A stretch of 64,000 nucleotides of DNA from assembly GCA_964057225.1 (NCBI GenBank), contig OZ059897.1, positions 7,626,001-7,690,000 of the forward strand. The letters are read 5' to 3'. Position 1 is the first letter of the stretch. Each line of letters starts with the position of its first letter. The notes beneath the pieces were generated by a model. That model searched no databases, had not been told where the DNA came from, and saw only the letters and a list, made by a program, of their open reading frames with translations. The DNA is from Auanema rhodensis (Eukaryota; Animalia; Nematoda). The translations under genes were made by a program, and so were the position numbers. Shown here in pieces: positions 39,040-49,590 of the stretch.

Positions 39040-40080
39040 TTAATATGAAGTAGGACCTCCATTGTTTTCAATTACCTGAGCTAAACGTCTTGGCATGCTT
39101 GATGCCAAATTGGAACAGGTTTCAATTGATAGGAGGTCCCATGCATTTAAAATTGCTGTCCGAAGTTGTCTAGTATTTTCATACTGTCTTCCATCTTCGT
39201 ACAGCTTTTTAACTAGAATACCCCATAGATTTTCTATAGGGTTTAGATCAGGGGAATTGGAAGGCCATTTCAAAACACTAATATTATGTTCATCCAGCCA
39301 TATTTTTGTGGACCTACTGGCATGGATGGGGGCATTATCTTGTTGAAAAATCAAATTTTCACCAGGATAACTGTTGATATAAGGAATCAGACTATCTTGT
39401 AGGATAGCCTGATAGTCCTCGGAGTTTAGCGTGTTAGTTGTGAATTGGATCTGCAACTTTCCCGTTGAGGAAAATGCAGCCCAAACCATAACTGAACCTC
39501 CTCCAGCGGTACGCTTTGAGAAGTACCTCGGCTCCTTACGAAGGTCCCTCCAATAATGATGGACTCCATCAGGACCATCGAGGTTAAACTTTTTTTCATC
39601 AGAAAATATGACCTAGAACAAAGAAATGAAAATCTACGTTTTTTATATTCTGTTCAAAGTTACTTTTGTCCACTCTCGCTCCTCATTCTCTTCGGCAAAA
39701 AGGACCCTATTTCTCTTATGAACAGGGGTCAAAAACGGGGCTTTCCTTATTTTAGCTTTCTTTATGATTGTCGCTTGTGACAGAACCTTGCGTACCGTCC
39801 ATCTCGATACGTTTAAATGCAGTTTGCCTGCAATAGTACTACAACTGTTAGTAGAATTAGACGCTAAACGTATAATTCGCCTCTTATCCCTGTCATTCAA
39901 AACAGGCTTCCTACCACAATTTGAACGTCTTGAATTGACGCTACCTTCTGATAAAAAGCGGGTCACCGTGCTTCGTGCACGGCCCAGATTCTCGGCAATT
40001 GCTCGATGGCTCCAACCCGCGACAGAAAAGGCGTGGATTTGAGCTTTCTCGGCAACTGACAAGACTCTGGTTCCGGGCAT
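39040..40080 (-). CDS. Tc3-like DD34E transposase, 329 aa, two exons (40080-39664, 39612-39040)
   Basis: 51-nt GT...AG phase-0 intron 39663-39613 joins EWTK|VIFSDEKKFNLDGPDG; QQDNAPIH...SPDLNPIENLW gives DD34E; N-terminal paired-like HTH; no internal stops. Confidence 0.93.
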
Positions 40081-40154
40081 TACTCAGGTAAAGCCTGAAT
40101 AAATTTCAAGAATTAGCAAAAATATTCAAAAAATTAAGTTGAAAGCAAAAAAAA

Positions 40155-43100
40155 TTAAACGGGAGTAGCTGCCAATATCCTAGATGTAAGATCGATGGTT
40201 ATGGTTGTAGAATCCTGAACAAGTGCGGAGATAGAGTTATTATAATAATTTAAAAGGGTGTGTCCGTGTGTGATAGGAAATTGGGAGGAAATATCTGAAA
40301 GAAGACCTAAATGGTTAATAGATGGGCAAGTACAATGAAGATCTTCATCATGACCATTACATGTACAAATATTGTAAGGAAATGAACATGATTTAATGGA
40401 TGAATTGAAGCATTGTAGTTGACCTAGTGATCCGGGAATAGGAAAGGAGGGAGGTGAAGCATGAGCTAAAACTGCTTGTGTGTTATATACATTTCGGAGA
40501 AAGGAATCAGAAACTGATAAGAGAGGAAGAGAATGTGAGATGAGTGTTAATGATATATTATTATAGTGTTGGGGAATACCTGGAATTAAATTAATATATT
40601 GTTTATGTTCGTGAAATTGAGAAGAGTAAATGATAGAGGTTGGAAATGATATATCCCAAGAAGGACATGAAAAAACTTCATATAGATTTTCTGTGGCTCT
40701 TTCCGGATATATTTTGTAGAAGAGACAACCTGTATAACAAGAAAAACAACCACAACCCCAACATCCACAAGCATCCATACAAAAAGTATAGCCTTCGGTT
40801 GGATTAGCGAGATGATCAAACTCGGGAATTGGTGCATTTAAAGGAAGCTTACTGCAACCTTTGTCAATACATGATCCTTTATTATAGCAGCTTTTGACGG
40901 AAGGAGTTCTAAATACATGATCCATGGTATAATACCAATGTTTCTTATTGCATTTTGGAACAGGATTGTGGATAGTAATTTCAATTTTTGCTTCAAAGTG
41001 AGCTTTAGAAGATAGCAGAAAACAAGATGTGGAATTCTGAGTGAGAGATGAAAAAATAGTTTTGAATTCTAATATCTTTTCTCTCGTATTGGTAATATTA
41101 AAAATTGATTTACTATTGGTAGCGGAAATGGAAGAGATTGTACGGCAAGAGTCGGAAGTGAGAGTAAAGGAGTATAATAAAGCTATGGTCAGTAAAAATT
41201 TAGAGTGTTTAAGCCGTCGAAAGCGAAGAGGTTTGAGTTTGTGAGAAGGGTAAGAATTCTTTTTGAAAGATATTAATTGAAAAATGAATCGAATACTTCT
41301 AAAAAATAGTTTGATGAGAAGAAAAAGAAAGAAAAACAGAGGGATGAGTATAGATGAACAAGAGAGAAATATGAAGCAAAATGACAAAATTGTGAATGTA
41401 GGATAACAAAATCGTATTTTGTTAAGGTATTTATAACAAATGATACATTCGTTATATTCACATATGTTAAGAGCACATGAAGTGGCATGGTTCCAAATAA
41501 TGGAATCAGATGCATAAATGGAAATAATAAGTGATACAGGAGAGGAGTGACCATCGGGAAAGGGAATTATGGAGGAGGAAGTGTTGAAACAAGACCAGGA
41601 AGAGTCGATTAAAAGAAAACAAATTTTTGCATAATCAAAATGATCAATGTCTTGAGAAAAAATAACTTGTGAATGGTCACACTGAATATTGCAAGTAGTA
41701 CACTTGATTTTGCGGGTGTTTTTATAACTCTTGATGTGTACTGCAACGGTACCCCAAGCTCTTATAGGAATAGTTACGTTTTTTACTAATATAGATAGAG
41801 GGGGGTTGTGAGGAAAATAGCAGAATTTAGTAGCAGATTGCTTGCAAATATGAGATCGACAGTAACCAGCAGAGCCAGTAGTGTCGGATGAGGACATATT
41901 TCCAACGCAAGTAAAGTTCTCTTTTTGATTCATATCGAAAAAATTAAGTGTGAGGGAAGAAGTATAATAGGTGGTGTTATCGAATAATTGTACAATATAT
42001 ACTTCTTTCCTAACACCAGATCGGATACAATCAATGTCTATGTCTGCACATAGAGAGCTGATGTCAAAGTCAAAAAGATGTTTTACTGGAAATATTATAT
42101 GGGTAACGTTTCCATCGTAATAACTACATTGATGTGCCCAAGTGGGACAGGGGCAAGGCAAAGAGCATGTAAAAGATTTTTCGTGCCTTCGTATATATCC
42201 GTTCGTACAATTTACGTTAGAATAGCATAAAGAGTTGTTAAAAGCGTAAATTGTGATACCCGATTGGAGGCATTCGGAGAGAAAAAGTGGAGGGGAGAGA
42301 GGGTTAAAAGGAGAAGGACATGGGTTGCAGAAACCAGGTGTAAGTAAAACGAAAAAGGAAAGAATGCAAAGTTCTAATTTGAAAAGTGACGAGATGGGTC
42401 TATTTATCTTCCTACCGTTGGAAGTCTGTACCGTAGCGGATTTGACTTTTTTGGTATTTGGTATTTCGATAATTGTCCCCATTCGCCATAAATTTCTTGG
42501 TAATTTGGGATCTTCAATAATCACTTTATCGTTTACTTTGGGTGGAATTAATTCTTTAATTTTTGAAGTTTTATCGTGTTCGCGCTGGGTACGCTCACGA
42601 AGAGAAAGTAAATAATCGGATTTCCAATATTTCCAAAATTCATCTGATAACTTAGATATAAATGTATAATTATCTATAACTAATTGATCTTCAGCGCGAA
42701 TGATGGAAACCGATTGAGGATATAATGTAGGAGATGTCAAAATGGGTTTACCAGGGATAAGTAAATCGCAAGGTCGGATAGGGACGGAATCAATATCTGA
42801 AGTCTGATAAGAGAGAGGCCTAGAATTGACTATAGCTTCTGCTTCATATATAAACGTTTGAAAGGAATCTAGATCAATGAATTCAGATATTTTTCTGTTT
42901 ATTGTAGAATGGAGTGCTTTTTTAAATATGCCTATCATTCTTTCATAAATCCCTCCTTGCCATGGAGCGAATTCGGTTATAAATTTCCATTCTACCGTGT
43001 GATAAGACAGAAATTTTGGGACAAAAGAATCGGTTAATATCCGATTAGCATATTGAAAATATAAACCATTATCGGACAAAAGAGAATGTGGGATCCCCCT

Positions 43101-43628
43101 CCTTGGTATAAATCGGCGTAAAATATGCAAAAATTCTTGGCCCGAAAGAGAGGTAATGAGTTCACACTGGATGGCTCGAGAAGAAAGACAGGTGAACAGG
43201 CAAATCCATGATTTTTCTTTGGTGGCAAAAGGGCCTAAGTAATCAACGCCTACGTGAGTTAAAGGTGGAGTGGGGATGGTGCGGGTGGAAGGGAGCTCTG
43301 GGAAACTTGGCAATTTATATGGTTTAGCGAATAGCTTTTTGCAGTGTTCGCATTTGTGAGAGATAGATTTGCAAAAGCGTCTCATTTGGGGAATCCATAT
43401 TCTTTCTCGTAGAGCTCGAGTTAGAGTGGATGGAGAACAGTGTTTAAGCAAAATATGAATATGTTGAGCGTATAACGTAGTTATGAAACTTTCCTTTGTC
43501 AAAAAAATAGGATAGAGAGTATCATAAGGTAGAGAAGAAGTTTTGATTCTACCGCTACAACGATATATATGATGCTTATCTAGGAATAATGAAAAGGATG
43601 AAATCTCCTTTGGGGAAGGAGGATGCAT
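40155..43628 (-). CDS. BEL integrase fused in frame to a phlebovirus-like envelope polyprotein (Gn from ~42371, Gc from 41147), truncated by the Tc3-like insert
   Basis: H..H..C..C zinc site, GVDYLGP / SDNG / ERMIG catalytic motifs, FWKYWKSDYL; then a hydrophobic signal, Cys-rich ectodomain, TM, second signal and the fusion-loop motif CGCWGCGCFSCYTGCLF. Confidence 0.9.
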   Translation of the reverse strand: MHPPSPKEISSFSLFLDKHHIYRCSGRIKTSSLPYDTLYPIFLTKESFITTLYAQHIHILLKHCSPSTLTRALRERIWIPQMRRFCKSISHKCEHCKKLFAKPYKLPSFPELPSTRTIPTPPLTHVGVDYLGPFATKEKSWICLFTCLSSRAIQCELITSLSGQEFLHILRRFIPRRGIPHSLLSDNGLYFQYANRILTDSFVPKFLSYHTVEWKFITEFAPWQGGIYERMIGIFKKALHSTINRKISEFIDLDSFQTFIYEAEAIVNSRPLSYQTSDIDSVPIRPCDLLIPGKPILTSPTLYPQSVSIIRAEDQLVIDNYTFISKLSDEFWKYWKSDYLLSLRERTQREHDKTSKIKELIPPKVNDKVIIEDPKLPRNLWRMGTIIEIPNTKKVKSATVQTSNGRKINRPISSLFKLELCILSFFVLLTPGFCNPCPSPFNPLSPPLFLSECLQSGITIYAFNNSLCYSNVNCTNGYIRRHEKSFTCSLPCPCPTWAHQCSYYDGNVTHIIFPVKHLFDFDISSLCADIDIDCIRSGVRKEVYIVQLFDNTTYYTSSLTLNFFDMNQKENFTCVGNMSSSDTTGSAGYCRSHICKQSATKFCYFPHNPPLSILVKNVTIPIRAWGTVAVHIKSYKNTRKIKCTTCNIQCDHSQVIFSQDIDHFDYAKICFLLIDSSWSCFNTSSSIIPFPDGHSSPVSLIISIYASDSIIWNHATSCALNICEYNECIICYKYLNKIRFCYPTFTILSFCFIFLSCSSILIPLFFFLFLLIKLFFRSIRFIFQLISFKKNSYPSHKLKPLRFRRLKHSKFLLTIALLYSFTLTSDSCRTISSISATNSKSIFNITNTREKILEFKTIFSSLTQNSTSCFLLSSKAHFEAKIEITIHNPVPKCNKKHWYYTMDHVFRTPSVKSCYNKGSCIDKGCSKLPLNAPIPEFDHLANPTEGYTFCMDACGCWGCGCFSCYTGCLFYKIYPERATENLYEVFSCPSWDISFPTSIIYSSQFHEHKQYINLIPGIPQHYNNISLTLISHSLPLLSVSDSFLRNVYNTQAVLAHASPPSFPIPGSLGQLQCFNSSIKSCSFPYNICTCNGHDEDLHCTCPSINHLGLLSDISSQFPITHGHTLLNYYNNSISALVQDSTTITIDLTSRILAATPV

Positions 43629-43695
43629 GAGTTGCGAGAAACGAAATAGGATTAATTGGGAGTACTGATGAATGATGGGATTATTAGGATCTAAA

Positions 43696-45414
43696 TTATG
43701 TAAGAATAGAATCCAATTTTTTAATTTTGGTTTTCCTTATGATGAATATTAGAATAAATGTGACGATTTTGGTAAGTTGAAAAAAAGACTTGATAGAAGA
43801 GAGGTTAGAAAGAGGAGAACTAGAAAGATTTAAATTATTATTGGGTATGTCCGTGGCAACGAATGCGTTGTCGGACGGAAGAAAGGGAAAAATATCATTA
43901 TTGATATTTTCGCTCAGGTATGTGCAATGAAACCAGTGTTCTTGCGGTAATGCCTGAGGTAAGCAACCCCGACTCAAAAGATCAGCGGGATTGTTAAGAG
44001 TTGGAATATAGTGAAAAATGGCTTTATTAAATTCGTCTCGTATCTTTTGTACTCTATTGCGTACAAATATGGTTTTATCGGAGTCAGAGGTGATCCATTG
44101 CAGAACTCATATATTATCACACCAAATGTGAGTGGGTATGGATCGCTCTAGCCCGAGAGACCGTCTTACGAATTTTGCCATTGTTATAGCTGTAAAAACC
44201 TCTTGTAATTCCAATTGAGGAATTGTTAATTTTTTAGAGGAAGGAGATAATTTACTTTTGGAAAAAATTAAATGAGTGTTAAATTTTTTAGGACCCACCG
44301 AATTATTCATTTCTTCTGATACATATTGTATGTATACCGCCACTCCGTATGCCTTTGCGCTAGCATCGGTGCATATATGGAGTATTGGTGTATGACTGTT
44401 GAACCCATGATCAAGTTTTCTTGGTATACTGATAGAAAAGTTCGATTTGGTGAGTTTGTTCAGTGAAGAAATAAATTTATCTGGGAGAGGTTCATCCCAT
44501 TTGGGTTTATCGGACCATGCTTCTTGTACAAGCATTTTATAAGGAACTACGATAGGTGCGATTAAACCTAAAGGGTCGTAGAATTTGGCCGATGTTTTTA
44601 ATAGCTCCCTACGGGTTATGGAAGTTACTGTTGATTCTTTCCATGCGAAATTAATAGTATCGCTGTTAAAATCCCATTCAAGACCTAGTACTGAAACAGG
44701 GGAATGAGTTTTAACAAATTTGGAGTTAAAAGAATCTAGGTTTGTAACAAAATCCCTTAAATTCATATTAATATCAGCAAACATTCGCCGAGATTCTTGG
44801 TATTTAGATTCTGCGTCTGGATAATCAGTAATGGGTAGCATTACATTATCGACATACAGATTTTTCAAAATGTCTTGGCTTAATGAATTATGCTGTTGTT
44901 CTAAGTGATGTAGTATAGTTACGGCTAATAAAAAAGGACTTGGTTTTACGCCCAAAGGTACTACTCTGAACCTGTAGACAATAAGATTATCAATATCAGG
45001 TTTTTTATTGATATCTTTTACCCATAAAAATCTACAAACATCTCTGTCTTGTTCTTGCAATAATACTTGATGGAACGCTTTTTCTATATCAGCGAGCATT
45101 ACAAAGCGAGGCATGCGAAACCGTAGTAGTATGCTACATAGGTCTGGTAACATGACTGGTCCCCGTAATAAATGATCGTTCAAACTATACGATCCATTCA
45201 TTTTTGCAGAAGCGTCGTAAACTACCCGCATTTTAGTACCGGATGTAGTACTTTTAAAGACTGGATGATGAGGGAGATAATGACATAGTTGGTCGGGAAT
45301 TTTAAAAAACGGATTTACTCTTACTTCTTCAATGATACCTGAAGCAACTTGTTCTGAGAACATGTTGTGGTATTGCATTAAATTCTCTTTATTCTGAGAG
45401 AGAGTTTTATACAT
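43696..45414 (-). pseudogene. pol: BEL reverse transcriptase / RNase H
   Basis: YLPHHPV, RVVYDAS, ADIEKAF, LYVDNV, CTDASAKAYG, NPADLLSRG; in-frame TGA at 44107-44109 and a frameshift near 43700-43720. Confidence 0.92.
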
Positions 45415-45428
45415 ATGTTTTAATCTTC

Positions 45429-45998
45429 CTAGACAAAGACCAAAATTAGTAGGCAGTGGATCTTGATGTTTTCCATAGCTTCTGACATTTCAGTTGCGGG
45501 TACTGCCGTTTCCTTGTTTTGGTGATCAAGACATAACGAAGAATGATGCTTTTTTGAGCAGTGTTTGCAGCTATAGGAGCTGTTACATTCTTTTGTTAAA
45601 TGTCCTGGTCTCAAACAGTTGAGGCATAAATTTTTTGTACGGGCAGCTGATATTTTGCTATGAGTTGTAGCGAAAGAATCGCATAAAAAAGTTTTGTGCG
45701 CTTTGGAACATAATAAACAAGATTGTCCCGTAATTTTAAAATTGGAAAATTGATTTAACAGTTTTTTATTAGAATGATTAATTGGATTTTTATGGAATTT
45801 TTTATTCCTTATTGGAGAGGAAGAAGAGCGGTGATTATGAAATTTTGAATAAGATGATGAATGAGAAGTTGGTACCCCGATTGGTGAGGGTGATAAAACC
45901 ATTGTGCTGGTTGTGTTCATGTTGTTCAAAACTTGCATTAATTTTTTCAGAACCTCACCAGCACAAAGTACTTTGCTACCGGATGTAGCACAAGTCAC
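45429..45998 (-). pseudogene. gag: BEL gag C-terminal fragment with three Cys/His knuckles
   Basis: CLLCSKAHKTFLC, CLNCLRPGHLTKEC, CKHCSKKHHSSLC; the protease region is missing between this and RT. Confidence 0.88.
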
Positions 45999-46002
45999 TA
46001 CA

Positions 46003-47988
46003 ATACTATTGTATGAGGAAGTACTTCATTATTTTTATGAAATGGTGCCGATATGTAGCCTCGTTAGCTCAGCTGGTAGAGCGTTAGACTTTTAATCTAA
46101 CGGTCACGGGTTCGAGCCCCTTACGGGGCTAATTTTTTACATTCTATCTGTCCCGAAAATGTAAAACTTAATTTTCTTACCTTGTTTGAACTTTTATTTA
46201 TTCCAGAATCTTGAATTTTTCTTCAAATATACATCTTCTTGTATTAAATTTAGAAGTAAATATACTATTCTATGAGGAAGTACTTCAATAATTTTATGAA
46301 ATAGTGCCGATATGTAGCCTCGTTAGCTCAGCTGGTAGAGCGTTAGACTTTTAATCTAACGGTCAGGGGTTCGAGCCCCCTACGGGGCTAATTTTTTACA
46401 TTCTATCTGTCTCGAATATGTAAAACTTAATTTTCTTAGCTTGTTTAAAATTTTATTTATTCCAGAATCTTGAATTTTTCTTCAAATATACATCTTTTTG
46501 AATCAAAATTAGAAGTAAATATACTATTCTATGAGGAAGTACTTCAATAATTTTATGAAATAGTGCCGATATGTAGCCTCGTTAGCTCAGCTGGTAGAGC
46601 GTTAGACTTTTAATCTAACGGTCAGGGGTTCGACCCCCCTACGGAGCTAATTTTTTACATTCTAACTATCTCGAACATGTAAAACTTAATTTTCTTACCT
46701 AGTTTGAACTTTTATTTATTCCAGAATCTTGAATTTTTCTTCAAATATACATCTTCTTGTATTAAATTTAGAAGTAAATATACTATTCTATGAGTAGGTA
46801 CTTCAATAATTTTATGAAGTTAGGAGGATGTGTAGCCTCATTAGCTCAGCTGGTAGAGCGTTAGACTTTTAATCTAACGGTCAGGGATTCGAGCCTCCTA
46901 CGGGGCTAATTTTTTACATTCTATCTGTCCCGAACATGTAGAATTTAATTTTCTTAGCTTGTTTGAACTTTTATTTATTCCAGAATCTTGAATTTTTCTT
47001 CAAATATACATCTTCTTGTATTAAATTTAGAAGTAAATATACTATTCTATGAGGAAGTACTTCAATAATTTTATGAAATAGTGCCGATATGTAGCCTCGT
47101 TAGCTCAGCTGGTAGAGCGTTAGACTTTTAATCTAACGGTCAGGGGTTCGAGCCCCCTACGGGGCTAATTTTTTACATTCTATCTGTCCCGAACATGTAA
47201 AACTTAATTTTCTTAGCTTGTTTAAAATTTTATTTATTCCAGAATCTTGAATTTTTCTTCAAATATACATCTTTTTGAATCAAAATTAGAAGTAAATATA
47301 CTATTCTATGAGTAGGTACTTCAATAATTTTATGAAGTTAGGAGGATGTGTAGCCTCATTAGCTCAGCTGGTAGAGCGTTAGACTTTTAATCTAACGGTC
47401 AGGGATTCGAGCCTCCTACGGGGCTAATTTTTTACATTCTATCTGTCCCGAACATGTAGAATTTAATTTTCTTAGCTTGTTTGAACTTTTATTTATTCCA
47501 GAATCTTGAATTTTTCTTCAAATATACATCTTCTTGTATTAAATTTAGAAGTAAATATACTATTCTATGAGGAAGTACTTCAATAATTTTATGAAATAGT
47601 GCCGATATGTAGCCTCGTTAGCTCAGCTGGTAGAGCGTTAGACTTTTAATCTAACGGTCAGGGGTTCGAGCCCCCTACGGGGCTAATTTTTTACATTCTA
47701 TCTGTCCCGAACATGTAAAACTTAATTTTCTTAGCTTGTTTAAAATTTTATTTATTCCAGAATCTTGAATTTTTCTTCAAATATACATCTTTTTGAATCA
47801 AAATTAGAAGTAAATATACTATTCTATGAGGAAGTACTTCAATAATGTTATGAAATAGTGGCGATATGTAGCCTCGTTAGCTCAGCTGGTAGAGCGTTAG
47901 ACTTTTAATCTAACGGTCAGGGGTTCGAGCCCCCTACGGGGCTAATTTTTTACATTCTATCTGTCCCGAACATGTAAAACTTAATTTT
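46003..47988 (+). repeat. tRNA-Lys(UUU) array, block 4 (8 genes)
   Basis: Starts 46058...47871; copies at 46058, 46576, 46835 and 47353 have stem substitutions. Confidence 0.92.
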
Positions 47989-47994
47989 TTATAT

Positions 47995-48076
47995 GAATGT
48001 CTTAAAAACTATCTGCATAAGTTTTATAGTAGCAACTGCAATGGTCAGCTGTTTTCCTTTGATACAAGTATGTAAT
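47995..48076 (-). mobile_element. Diverged fragment of the family C LTR 5' end
   Basis: Reverse complement TTACATACTTGTATCAAAGGAAAACAGCTGACCATTGCAGTTGCTAC...GCAGATAGTTTTTAAG aligns with 267-341; repeated at ~57977-58058. Confidence 0.75.
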
Positions 48077-48784
48077 AATACTGTGACGATAATTGCATTA
48101 ATCATCATGTTATGAAGGAAATACATATCGAAGGTTAATTCGATGAAAACGATCATTATCACCCAAAGGGAATGGGCGGTTCACGCCAGCAGTGCAAAAG
48201 CAGGTCAACCTGTGAGAAGGAGCTAGCAAACCAGATTCTACCTCAGGTCTCGAAAATCGGTTAACATTATTGTGAACCAAATGAACACATATCGAAGGTT
48301 AATTCGATAAGAACGTTTATTCTTCGCCAACGGCCAAAGAAGTTGAACAAAGAATACTTAGACACGTCTTCTCACGATAGTATAGTTCCTTTTAGTCTTT
48401 TTAATTTTAAAAACATAAATATTCATTTATTAAGCATAAATCAAATACATATGATATTCCGTAATTATTGTAATATTTGTTTTTTTCTTTTCAGAGTTTG
48501 ATCCTAATTGTTTTTTTTTATCTGTGTTGTGGTTATGTTCTTTCGATGATTACAAATAACTTTCAAATAACAATTCAATATTGAAGATGATTAAAGAGAA
48601 GGAAATATCTATAGAGAATCAAAAGTGACAGTCAAAATTAGAAACAATTCCATATTGATTCTCAAAACAACATGCATAGTGATTGATAGGTAGATGTTTT
48701 ATCAGTATAAACAGAATATACTTTGAACAATCGACAGCGCATAAAAGGAAAATTCTTCAAGGGCTTGAGCGTCAGTTCTCCCTT

Positions 48785-49590
48785 ATAATTTTAACTGTTA
48801 CTTGTCATTTTCTATAGATATTTCTTTATCTCTAATCATCTTCAGTATTGAATTGTTTGGAAAATTTTCATTTTTGTTCGAATTTCAATCGATATCATCT
48901 TTTCCCTATACATGTTGTTTTAAGAATAAATATGGAATTGTTTATAGTTTTGACTGTTACTGTGATTTTCTATAGATATTTCCTTCTCTCTAATCATCTT
49001 CAGTATTGAATTGAATTGTTTCGAAAATTTTCATTTTTGTTGGAATTTCAATCGATATCATCTTTTCCCTATACATGTTGTTTTGAGAATAAATATGGAA
49101 TTGTTTATAGTTTTGACTGTTATTTGTGATTCTCTAAAGATACTTCCTTCTCTTTAATCATCTTCAATATTGAATTTAATTGTTTCGAAAATTTTCATTT
49201 TTGTTGGAATTTCAATCGATATCATCTTTTCCCTATACATGTTGTTTTGAGAATCAATATGAAATTGTCTATAGTTTTGATTGTTACTTGTCATTCTCTA
49301 TAGATATTTTCTTCTCCCCAAAGGAAAAGGTGATATCAATTGGAATTCCAACAAAAATGAAAATTTTCGAAACAATTCAATTCAATACTGAAGATGATTA
49401 GAGAGAAGGAAATATCTATTGAAAATCACAGTAACAGTCAAAACTATAAACAATTCCATATTGATTCTCAAAACAACATGTATAGGGAAAAGATGATATC
49501 GATTGAAATTCCAACAAAAATGAAAATTTTCGAAACAATACAATTCAATACTGAAGATGATTAAAGAGAAGGAAATATCTATAGAGAATC
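48785..49590. repeat. 163-164-bp satellite, with an orientation switch at ~49320
   Basis: Unit GAAAATTTTCATTTTTGTTGGAATTTCAATCGATATCATCTTTTCCCTATACATG... repeats at 164-bp spacing, then appears as its reverse complement. Confidence 0.88.

Larger units (their letters stand above)
37406..46002 (-). mobile_element. Decayed BEL/Pao (Belpaoviridae) endogenous retrovirus with env; 5' truncated, LTRs not found
   Basis: Order gag knuckles - RT - RNase H - integrase - env on the minus strand; BEL-type YVDN RT motif. Confidence 0.9.

Noticed and set aside
39556-40042. Plus-strand ORFs over the transposase and BEL genes (also 39095, 41041, 42253, 45782, 45904)
   Set aside because: Antisense or alternative-frame shadows of recognisable minus-strand genes
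44107-44109. Programmed stop read-through in pol
   Set aside because: The TGA lies inside RNase H, and a frameshift and deletions occur nearby, so decay is more parsimonious
49180-49401. Short ORFs at 49180 and 60447
   Set aside because: Chance frames within the 164-bp satellite
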